Shown in pieces: positions 52,765-64,000 of a DNA stretch of 64,000 nt. The DNA is taken from NCBI GenBank assembly GCA_020137815.1, contig CM035352.1, forward strand, positions 1,426,001-1,490,000, in the 5' to 3' direction. The position numbers and the translations under genes are program-made. Under the pieces are notes generated by a model. It did no database searches and was not told where the DNA came from. It saw only the letters and a list, made by a program, of their open reading frames with translations. Position 1 is the stretch's first letter; every line of letters begins with the position of its first letter. The DNA comes from Hormiphora californensis. Its lineage: Eukaryota > Animalia > Ctenophora.

Positions 52765-53733
52765 GGTATCGGACTACTGTCTGGTGGCCCGATATGACTG
52801 CACTGTGAGAATCAAAACGGGGGCGCCGTCAGACAGTCGGATGGGAGTTGTGGGAGGTTATAAGAGATGTATACCAGATTGTCCAACTATAGGATGAACT
52901 CAAGGAGAGTGTGTCAGATCCAGAATTGCTGTCAAAGCATCAATACTCAGAAAATTGATAGCTCTTTGGTATTTGGTTTGATGAAGTGTTTATATAACAC
53001 TTAGTGTTGAGTTCAAAATATCTTTATAATCTACACATTTAATTATCGTTTATTTAATGAGCTCCTGTTTTTGAAAAAATCGTATAATAATTCGTACAAT
53101 TATTTTTCTTTTCATCCTAATCTCCTCGCTTCATTTCCTTCTTGTACATGTCTGTCTGTATGGTATTCCCCGAATACAACACCCAAGGAAATACAACCCT
53201 ATTTCTGGGAATCTAGTGTCTACCCGGAAGTATATCACTTGATGCAATGAAGGAATTGCTGTGTTCATGTTTCAATGTGTTAGTTGCATGACTCCTATCT
53301 GTTCACAGCTTTCGTGCCCTGTATTCCCCTCCTTTTACACCAGCATCTCTCTCTTACAGTGCTGCTTGCAGTCAAAATACGGTATCGCGAAATACAGTAA
53401 TGAGACACACACGTTGCATAACACGCGGCAAAAAGTTCATGTATCAGCACGTACTAGCGTACTGATTGGCCACGGTTGCGTGTCGTCTTACTGTATCTTC
53501 GTTTTCCATTACCGTTTTCCCACTACAAGCGACCGTGTTATGTTGTTGTTATAAGCCACCCACTTTCAATCTTGGCCTGCTGTCGTTCTTTTCTAATGAC
53601 TCAATACGCAATCCCCTGACCCCTGATCAGTGAACAATCCCCTTACTACCACTCATGTTTCTCAGTGCTCCTTCATAATATATATTTGTTTACCAGTGCT
53701 CCTTCATAATATACATTTTGTTTAGCATGTAGA

Positions 53734-56700
53734 ATGGAGGAGGACGTGGAACTTGATTCAAAATATCGGTCCTACGCCAACCAGGTGGAAAAGGTTCTCA
53801 AGCAGTTCGAGAGTCCTAGGGAATGGGCGGATCTGTGTTCTTATCTAACTAAACTAAAACGGGTTAGTAAACTATATTTTCAACTTTCAAAACACACCTC
53901 TTGAATTATTGGGACTTGTATACCATGCCTTTCCCCTGGAAATCCCAGTAAGCAAATCGAGTTGAATGTATCGAAACATCTGTTGGGGCTCGTTTGTTCG
54001 ACTTTTTTTTCTGTCAAAAAAGGGATTTAGTAAGCTGAAACATATCCACAGCCCGGATTAGTATAATCACTTTTTGGGATTAGAGAAACACTTCCTTTGT
54101 CAGGTTATTCAAGAAGGACTAACAACCCTCAAAAAATACCGCCTAGTAAATAATAACAAGCAGCCGTTCTATTATATTTTCTCTAAAAACACCGTGATTT
54201 CAAAAAGCATACTTTTCTTTCCTGCTAGAAAGCAAATCCGTGTGTGCATCCTTGTGCTTTGTGAGAGTGACATATTCTTTATCATAATCCTCTCAATATG
54301 TAATGTACTTTTCACAGTACAGGCTTTAATATTTTTACCCGCACAAGATGTATATTATATGCAGGGGAAATGTAGGACACAATATGACACAGTAAATGTA
54401 GGGCACATAGTAAATGTATTGTGTTGAAGTGCGAAAAGGATTAAATTTTAGGTTGACTAGATTCAAAGGCTAAAGCGCTTGACTCTTGAGAGAGATATCT
54501 TACGCTGCTGAGCATTCAATTTGTGTGCGTGTGTGTTTGTACATTCCAATTCCAACCTACAAAGGTTTCAATCATTTCTCTCTCACCCGTAAGTGAACCC
54601 CTCTCTCTTTCCCAGATCCTTCAAAGTAACAGCAAGTATACGGTAATACCCAAGAAGTTATTGGTCGCTAAGCGTCTCTCACAATGCCTCCACCATGCTC
54701 TACCATCAGGTAATGCACCTTGATGTTCTGAACGTCTGTTTTCTCTGTTTCTCGTTTGTTTTCTCTAATTTCTCTGTTTTCTCTGTCGGTTTTCTTTGTC
54801 TTGTCTGTTATTATAATATCTCTGTTTCTTTGTTCAAACATCGTCTTCGTTCATCCAGGCGTGCACCTGCGGACCTTGGAAGTGTATGTGACGATCTTCA
54901 AACGTATTGGAAAGGATAGGCTGGCACACGATCTCTCCATTTACAGTGTGGGACTATTCCCTCTGGTGCGGCATGCTGCCATGAGTGTCCGACCTAAGCT
55001 GCTAGGTGAGTTACACAACTTCTACAGCTCCATATTTTTGCCAAAGTTTAGAAAAAAAAAGATAAAAACTAAATATCTCTCCATCAGATATCTTTGAGAA
55101 CTACTATATCCCCCTGGAGCGACAACTGATACCCTGTCTTCACGGTTTCATCCTAGCCCTTTTATCCGGGCTAGAGGAAGGAAGTGAACATTTTGACAGG
55201 TAAACCGACCACACCTGAGTATCCAAACTCAGTCAAATCTCACATGCATCTGAGTATCCAAAAAGACAGACGCATTGTTCACCAGAAGTAAGCACTTTAC
55301 CGAGTTCATTAACTAACTAATTGATTGACCCTCTTTTTCAGTGTCACAGGTCTACTTGGTAGAGTTAAACTTGTAACGGACAGAACACTATTCTATGGCA
55401 GTCTCTGGAGGGCTCTGATATCGGATCCTAGTGTTAGATATCAGGGATCACTTTACGTTCTTAGTCAGATTACCCGCCGCAAGAGGGTACGTGTTTAGAG
55501 TTGTGTAGCTCACACTGCATTTCATTTCACAAAATGACGTCACAGAGGGATCGGCAGAGCAAGTCTAGAGCTCCTCCCCCCCCCCCCCCCCATTTGGAGA
55601 TGGAGATAGAAACCAGTGAACTAGATACCACGATACCACAATTTAACAAAAGTTTCAATGTGTGCAGGTGGGACAAGCTATTCTGGGAGACAACAGGGAA
55701 ACCCTGATCCGTGCACTTTGTCTGGGGTTGGAGGACTCAAACACTCTCACTCAGAGGAACTTCTTGGACTTTGTACTCTTTGCCTGCCCCCTAAATTGTA
55801 AGTAAGCCCTAGCCCCTCATTACATTATCAAACAAAGTTTGCCGTCTTTTCATGACGAGTATTATCACTGAAAATCAAAACCAGATGGGTGACGGAGACC
55901 CTGATAGATAAGAGAAAAGATATATATGTGGGCAACATAAACAACCTGTGCGTCATACAACATGGGTGGGGGGGGGGGGTCACATGAGTCATCTACCACA
56001 TCTACACAATTCAGTTTTCAATCTTTTCACTCTCCCTGCATAACACACCGAATTATTCCTTTTCAGCGAAAGATTTCTCCCGATCTGAGGTCCACCAACT
56101 GATGCGATCAGCGCTGTGTGTGTTTCTCAGGAGGGACATGGCGCTGAATCGCCGTGTTTACAATTGGTTGGAGGGACATGGAGCGGAGGAGAGCAATGAG
56201 ACGAAAAGGATCAGCATGACGAGCATGGAGTTGCATGCCATCATGACAAACGGAGATGAGGTTCAGGGGGTCATTGAGGTAACAAGATATATATTGTATA
56301 GGACTTGTAAAGAAGGACGACTATTTTGTAGTACCAAAATCATTCAGACATCTAGAAATGTGCTTTATATTTCCTTATCTCCATTACAATTTATGATATT
56401 CAGGATCATGAAGAGACGGTTGCCATGACACCAGTGGAATCTGTGACGTCAGCAGTGACAGAAACAACAGAACTGAGTACCGTCCCAAACGGGGATATTG
56501 TAATAGAGGAGCCACCCCCAGCTGAGCTCCGTACAATCGAACAAGAGGAGAAAGAGGAGAAGCTCATGACTGAAGGTAACGATTATTCAGAATGAGATCT
56601 GAGCAAGAATTAAGTTTACCTTATTATTGTACTAAAATTCTACTAAAATTACTTCCTGAAGGTAACGAGGAAGAAGATACAGGGTCCAGCGAGGGGCGGG

Positions 56701-58888
56701 TATCATCACGGCACTATGAGAGGATATACGAGCTGGAGGAGGGAGATACCCCTACCCCACTATCTACTGATCCCCCCTCTAGTAATGGGGATATAGCACA
56801 GAAGGAAGATGTTGATCGAGTTGTTGTTGATACCTCCCTGTCACTGGTATGGAACTCGTTATATTATGTGTGACAAACTAACACATGTGCATGTTCCTGT
56901 CATGTTAGTTTGTCTCTATCGTAATCAGTCTGTCTTTAGCTGTCTTTGGGGATGGTATGGTGGATTTGTATTGCTGCATGCGTACCTAAATCTAATTGTT
57001 TTCTCAGGAAGAGTTAGAGGCAACAAGAGCCAGATTTTTCCTCAACTACGGCCGTCCCTACATGATGACATGCTTGAGACTGCTACTCTTTGAGGACGTG
57101 ACGGATAAAACAGCCCTCATGCAACCATACCGGATTATTAACAGTCTCATGGACAGAGCTGATTTTGGTAAGAAGATGGGGCGGGTGAGGAGAGGTTTTA
57201 GTAGAGTGAGGGCTTTTTTGGAACATTTCCGTGCTAATTAGATCTGATGAGTGTATACAGTAGGTACATAGTGTAATTTATAAGACTGAAATTTGACCCG
57301 GTCTCATGTAGAGACCCTGGAAATATATCAGCCAATCCTTAAATAGACCTCTCTGAATCTCATCTCCTCCACCGGGGGGTGGTTTGCAGCTGATAGCTGC
57401 GGTCTCCTCTAACCCCTAACTCCTGTTTAGGTAACGCTATCATAGAGGACCTGTTGCTGGATATAAACCGAGCCCTCTACCGGAACTGTGTTGCATCAGG
57501 TGTAACTGTATCATCGACTAGTATCACTCAACTAAAACTACACAAATCAGATGCCTCCAAAGGTTAGAGAACAGGAACCGACCGAATCAGGAAATACTGG
57601 TCCCTGATTGGCTGATAACCAGTCACGCGACCTAAATAACTTCCTGTTAGAGAAGCAGAGAGAGAGAACTGAATAGTATATATTCAAATTGCTGGTAAAA
57701 GCAAAAGTTTCACTCCGGAAACTTCACTTTTGTATATATTCATCCCTAACTTCCCCCCCCTTCTAGAGCTTCGTAACGCTGCTAACATGTTGCTTAACAA
57801 GTTTGAACCGAACCTCCTTTGGGACTGGATAGCACAGCAACTCGCTTCACGTGCCCGTGACCCACCCCGTGGCTCGTCCACCCCCGAGCGGGGCGAGGAG
57901 GAGGATGATGGGAGATTGTTTACACCGAGCATGGAGTCTAGTTTTGATGAGTTACTCTCACTTACCGACTTCCTTCTGGAGATTGTCTCATTCGTAAGTT
58001 GACCACGCACCCTCCTCTTTACACATGTCTGTCTGTCTGTACCTCTCGACCCCCCCCTTAACATGTAATTCTGTACCTCTGGCTTTTTGTTCTGACTTCA
58101 TATCCCACCATAAAATAAATGCCTGTATATTCATCGTTGTGTAGCTCACGCCGCATTATGTTTCACTGTGAGGGTTGAGTAGATCAAATTCATGGGTGTA
58201 GCACTTGATAATGATCTACCTTTTTAGGAGATTATTATCATCTTTCTGCCTCGATTCTCCCTTTCTTCATTGTCGTTCCGCCATGTAGTCACCACGATAT
58301 AAGCCGTTTAGAAAACACATACACAGAAGATTTAATGATGCTATCCTTCCATTATAAACCACGGGTGGATATATGTGTGTAGTTTTACTCATGCGGCAGG
58401 CACATGTATTATATCCCATTATATGCCGGATTTATATTCAAATCATGAAATCTAACTGTGATGAGATTGGCAATGCACCGCAACATGCACCCAATATATC
58501 ACCCTAGCAATGTACCACGTAGTACACGTGTTATACACTGTAGTGTGTTGTGTGTGGTGTGGGTATCAGTAATGGAGTATCATGGCCAGCCAGCTGTTTC
58601 ACAATAATTGGGGAGGCAGTTAGATTGGATTTGTGGTAAAGTAGCATACCATACCCTCTGTCACATTGCTTTATTTTATCTGGACTTTAGATCAGCTGAA
58701 TAGTCCAAAGAAAATCCAAACACACTCTAAAGTTCAGAATAAGATCTGTGAAGCGAAGCTACCAGTTTGACAATGGTCCAACGCGACTTAGTTTACATTT
58801 CTCTGTGTAGATACAGGGACAGAGCTCGCTCTGTGCGGGTTCGGTAGAGCAAAGGCAATGGTGCTCGTGCATTCTATTATCTCTCTGA

Positions 58889-58963
<75 letters not shown>

Positions 58964-61900
58964 TTTTTCATCGGTATACATTTGTCGTCAGAAAGGCAGT
59001 CGGTCGTAAGCAAAAATGTAAACACGGCGCCTTTCGTTTGGCAAACCGCAAAGTACTCTACACATTTCATTTGTATAAGAGGAAATAAAAATGAATCACT
59101 GAGAATTTAATGAACTTCATCTGATTTGCCCAGACGAACAGATCAAGTAGTAAAGGGCCCTCGTCTGTGTTTGGTAGTTGGCGACGTATGTATTGTTTTG
59201 TGTGCGTGTGTGTGTGTAAAAAGTGAGACAATTACTTTGTACCATTGTGTATCACAGCTGTGTACCATTGTGTACTGTGAACTGTGTACCCTAGCAGGAA
59301 GTAAAACTGTCTGTATTATACATCGACATGTACGAACTGGGATAGATAGATCCACGGCAAAGATACAATTCACCGAATTTGTATGATCAATCAATCCGGG
59401 TTTATACAACAACTATAGTACTATCTCTGTATGCTCCTTTATTTGTCTTCACAATTCAAATTATATTCATTATTCACAAACTTCGCTATTGTACAGGGGT
59501 GCAGACTGCAGTGTGCAGCACACCTGTGAACACTCACACACCCTCCTGGGATGTTGTCAAGATGTGTAAAATAGTATATAGTCAACTGTCTCCCAATTGT
59601 TTCTCCTCTTTTATCCATTATTCAGTCAACTGTCTCTTTTCTCTTGTCTTATGTCAGTCAACTGTCTTTTTATCCATTCAGTCAACAACACCCCCTCCTC
59701 CTTACAGTACTATCTATCACTCTATCACCTGCTCATATCTCTCACCTCTCTCTAATCACTCTATCACCTGCTCATATCTCTCACCTCTCTCTAATCACTC
59801 TATCACCTGCTCATATCTCTCACCTCTCTCTAATCACTCTATCACCTGCTCATATCTCTCACCTCTCTCTAATCACTCTATCACCTGCTCATATCTCTCA
59901 CCTCTCTCTAATCACTCTATCACCTGCTCATATCTCTCACCTCTCTCTAATCACTCTATCACCTGCTCATATCTCTCACCTCTCTCTAATCACTCTATCA
60001 CCTGCTCATATCTCTCACCTCTCTCTAATCACTCTATCACCTGCTCATATCTCTCACCTCTCTCTAATCACTCTATCACCTGCTCATATCTCTCACCTCT
60101 CTCTAATCACTCTATCACCTGCTCATATCTCTCACCTCTCTCTAATCACTCTATCACCTGCTCATATCTCTCACCTCTCTCTAATCACTCTATCACCTGC
60201 TCATATCTCTCACCTCTCTCTAATCACTCTATCACCTGCTCATATCTCTCACCTCTCTCTAATCACTCTATCACCTGCTCATATCTCTCACCTCTCTCTA
60301 ATCACTCTATCACCTGCTCATATCTCTCACCTCTCTCTAATCACTCTATCACCTGCTCATATCTCTCACCTCTCTCTAATCACTCTATCACCTGCTCATA
60401 TCTCCCTGATCCTAACCCAACAACAGAATACCCCCTCCCAGGAATACAACGCCTCTGCAGTCCAGTCTACCTTCCTGCCTCGAGTACTACAGGGGATATG
60501 CGAGAACATGAGGGTCCATGTCCAATCCATGCCAGTTGAGATCCTGGCCCATGCCATTGAGACATGTTCCAACTTGTTGTCCCGTGCCCAACCAACCACT
60601 GTGGATCCTAGTCATTTTACGGGAACACCAGAGCCGGCTTCTAACATTCCCCAGGGTAAGAATAATAATAATAGTCAGACCCCGATTTACCGGGTAAAAC
60701 CATTTTCCCCCGAGCAGCCCGGTAAATATGGGTATGACTGTACTAATCTGTAGTGTAGACTGTAGTTACTGATTAGTGATTATTTAGTTACTAAACCTGT
60801 CCCCAGATTTGACAATGGATGACGCTGGTGAGGCCACCAAAACACCGGGTGGTGATGGTGGTGGTACGACAGAAGCTCACCAGCTGCAGATGGAGGAGCT
60901 TAGTGTGGAGATGAGTGAGGAAGGAAGGGAAGCTGACTCTGTCAACCATACCGCCTCCTCTCAGGGGTTCATATCAAATGCCATTACTGTGTAAGTATAC
61001 AGTAGTATTAGTATACAGATTACAGTAGGTACTTTTAGTAAGGTGTGGGTAATTGATCTAACAAATTACTGATTGGTATGTCTACACCCTGATTATGGTG
61101 CAGTGAGGTCAGATATCACGTGTGATGTCACATTGATTATCGGTGGTCAACAGATGGTCATGTATCGTCTTTCAGTCACCCACACTGCAGCAGTACACTG
61201 CAAATGAGGAGACAAAATGTAGGAAGCGAAAAGTGAGTATGAGCTCACTCAAACATCTGTCACATTTTCCAGGTACCAGGAGTTTCTATCTGAGCTGTTG
61301 GAGCAACGGGTTATCAAAACCTATGAATCTGATCGGGATTCAAGCAACGAAATGACAACCGTCTTTAATCCTGCCTGTGCCCTACTCCTCGATTTTGCCT
61401 GTTTTCCTATTTTCTGTCACAGTGACAGTGAGACCGTTGATCAGATCCAATTAACAGACTTCTCGTTCCCTGGTCAAGAAGGTAGCTAGTTGATTTACAC
61501 CCATTTTCAGGACCATACCCACACCTGCTTATAATGCTACTGAATACCCAAATTAAAACTTAAATGTAATATCACTATTTCACTATCTTTCAGAGGAAAG
61601 TGTTGTTCTCCCCGGCTGGCTGTCATCCCTTCTTCACTGCTGCAAACTAACAGACTGGCATGAAGTTGTGTTGACCTCAGTCAGGACTCTCTCCATTCTT
61701 ATCGGAATTACACTTTCAATTGGTGAGTGGGGGTGTCGGGGTTTGAACCCGGGTCCTTCTGACTACGATTCCGTAAAATGAATGACGATTTGAGATCAAA
61801 AGTAGGGTTAGTGATCTTGGAACTCCAACAAAAAAGTTCAGACAGCCACAGCCTGCCCGGGCATTTTATTAGACCGCCGTTCAGGTGGAATCGAACCACT

Positions 61901-62780
61901 ACGACCTTCGTCGTCCACAGATTTGAAGTCTGCGCTCAGAACCATCCAAGATCAGTACGGCGAGATGAGGGAATTTCAGGCCTTTTTATAGGCTGCTCAT
62001 TCCGAGTGTATTTTGCATTTCTTATAACACACCTAGCCAATGATATAGATTTCCCAGGATCATTTGTTTTGACGTGTTATTACTTATTTTCCACGTATTT
62101 AGTTTCTTCAAGCTATGTCATTATTTCCATCGGATGGCTGCCAGAGCTATCCCTGTATGTAACGCGCGAGAACATGCTTCTGTCAAAATGTGAAAGTGTG
62201 CGCTTGAGTGAGTGAGACCAGATCGAGCGCGCGGTGGTCCCAACTCACGGGGTTGATGATGTGACTGACAGCATGAGCTATTTTAGTCCCCCTACTTCCC
62301 TATCCTATCTGATAACCAGATTCCCCCTAATCCAGCTGTGTTTTCAGCTTCCCCTATCCTATTTTAGTCCCCCTACTTCCCCCTGACAATAACCAGCTTG
62401 ACCTTCTAATAACAGCGTCCCACTAATCCCTGTGTCATGCGTGTTTTCATAACTAGCTTCCCCCTAATTCCTGTGTTTTCATACTTCCCTAATCCCCCTG
62501 TGTGTTTTCAGCGGAGGAACAGGGTGCCGGGAGAAAGGCACTGGAGGGGAGTGTTGCAGTCGTTCTTATGCCAATGCTATCTGAGGTTCAACTCCGATAC
62601 ATCCAATCCCACACGTCCTGTTTTTCTGAGATTGTCAGGAGTTTATGGGGATATTTGGCTGCTAAACATGCTGCTCTGCATCACCGAGTTGTTAAGTTGT
62701 TATGGAAACTACATCACCTGGCTCCCAGTCCTGATGTCACTGAGAATGTGATGGGTGAAATGTTAGCTAGTAGCAACCTG
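53734..62780 (+). CDS. DOP1: Dopey family protein, multi-exon, continues beyond the right window edge
   Basis: [127 protein letters not shown]. Confidence 0.93.
57572..57646. mobile_element. hAT-type MITE, internally deleted
   Basis: caggaaccgaccg...ttcctg with 8-bp TSD ttagagaa, right after a DOPEY splice donor. Confidence 0.85.
59716..60404. repeat. 39-bp minisatellite, ~17-18 copies, in a DOPEY intron
   Basis: Unit atcactctatcacctgctcatatctctcacctctctcta. Confidence 0.95.
61875..61961 (-). tRNA. Selenocysteine tRNA (anticodon TCA)
   Basis: gccgtactgatcttggatggttctgagcgcagacTTCAaatctgtggacgacgaaggtcgtagtggttcgattccacctgaacggcg: 9/4 acceptor/T-stem with U:U pair, 6-bp D stem with 4-nt loop, CUUCAAA loop, long variable arm, G discriminator. 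Confidence 0.93.
61983..61990 (-). promoter_or_regulatory. TATA box of the gene-external Pol III promoter of tRNA-Sec
   Basis: tataaaaa on the minus strand ~22-29 nt upstream of the tRNA-Sec 5' end; T6 terminator at ~61830-61835. Confidence 0.6.
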
Positions 62781-62890
62781 GTACGTTATGAATTATATCA
62801 TAGCCTAGCCTAGATGATATAACCCCAATTCACTAATATAATAATGATCAAGTTCGTCATCATGGGTCCGTTTAAAATGGGCCTAGTTTG

Positions 62891-64000
62891 ATTCGGGGCC
62901 TGGCAAGGCCCCCCGACCCGAATATAACCCAAACTCAACCCATCCCCCCTAAAACATCCCCCCTAAAACTAAAACAACGGGGCCGAGCCGACAGGCCCTT
63001 AATACCAGATGAAAAAAAAACCATTCGGGGCCTGGCAAGGCCCCCCGACCCGAATATAAACCAAACTCAACCCATCCCCCCTAAAACATCCCCCCTAAAA
63101 CTAAAACAACGGGGCCGAGCCGACAGGCCCTTAATACCAGATGAAAAAAAACCATAAAACCATAAAACCATAAACCATAAACCATAGATATTTTTAGAGT
63201 GAAAGTTTTGAAGCCCCCTGAAGTAGTAGAGAGGTGTTCTATGGCTCGTTGGAAAGGTCTCGAGGTCCCGCGACGTATAGGGGGTGTGGCGATGGCCATA
63301 CCCAAACCTATAAGGGGTAGGACGCGAAAAACAGTCAAAATAAGGGGTATGCTGAACTCGGCAATTAGAAGGAGTAGAAAGGTGTTCTAGGGTGCGTTCG
63401 AAAGCTCTCGAGGTACTGAAGTAATTGGAATGTAATTGGAAGTAATTACATGTAATTGGAAGTAATTACATGTAATTAAAGGGTAATTACATGTAATTAA
63501 AAGGTCTAAATGACCCCAAATGATAATTTAAACATATTTTGACATATTTTGAGGCCCTGAGACCAGCGGGTGGCCAAATTTAATCAGGTTTCGGGTCGGC
63601 TGACGTAAAAACTCCGCGTTTTGGTCGATAACCATAAAACCATAAACCATAAACCATAGATATTTTTAGAGTGAAAGTTTTGAAGCCCCCTGAAGTAGTA
63701 GAGAGGTGTTCTATGGCTCGTTGGAAAGGTCTCGAGGTCCCGCGACGTATAGGGGGTGTGGCGATGGCCATACCCAAACCTATAAGGGGTAGGACGCGAA
63801 AAACAGTCAAAATAAGGGGTATACAGAACTCGGCAATTAGAAGGAGTAGAAAGGTGTTCTAGGGTGCGTTCGAAAGCTCTCGAGGTGCTGAAGTAATTGG
63901 AATGTAATTGGAAGTAATTACATGTAATTAAAATGTAATAACATGTAATTAAAGGGTAATTACATGTAATTAAAAGGTCTAAATGACCCCAAATGACAAT
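62891..64000. repeat. Complex tandem repeat (2 x ~131 bp, then 2 x ~470 bp with (aaaccat)n and (gtaattacat)n subrepeats)
   Basis: 62891-63021 repeats at 63022-63152; 63150-63530 repeats from ~63630 to the window end. Confidence 0.85.

Noticed and set aside
59379-60440. 369-386 aa repetitive ORFs
   Set aside because: Derived from the 39-bp minisatellite; only the part after the acceptor at ~60441 is a DOPEY exon.
61722-61770. Additional tRNA next to tRNA-Sec
   Set aside because: Only a T-arm-like fragment (ccgggttcaaacccc on the minus strand); no full cloverleaf, possibly a SINE remnant.

Overview
Eukaryotic (animal-type), intron-rich and repeat-rich genomic DNA; the repeat repertoire, nested genes and outron-like acceptors are reminiscent of a ctenophore such as Pleurobrachia (inference from recall, not verified). 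Left to right: a head-to-tail Penelope-like retroelement (RT + GIY-YIG) carrying a C3U/G8A variant hammerhead ribozyme, inserted in an intron of a minus-strand plant-type C2-domain phospholipase D whose first HKD motif is degenerate; a nested antisense gene in another PLD intron; a tightly packed minus-strand run UBE4B > AKR-like > ADAT2 > FKBP-TPR; an ORF1-only LINE-like element; a ~21 kb LOTUS/Tudor/dsRBD (TDRD7-like) gene whose introns hold tRNA-Leu, a Cys-rich secreted peptide gene, a same-strand discoidin-like gene, a poly(A)-tailed retro-insertion, MITEs/foldbacks and a 35-bp satellite; then a tightly packed plus-strand run CUE-pseudoART-ART > DUF1295 > RING paralogue > RNF170 > DOPEY, with tRNA-Sec inside a DOPEY intron. 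Several isolated 1-2 bp frameshifts look like assembly indel errors. Exon boundaries were read by eye and may be off by a few bases.
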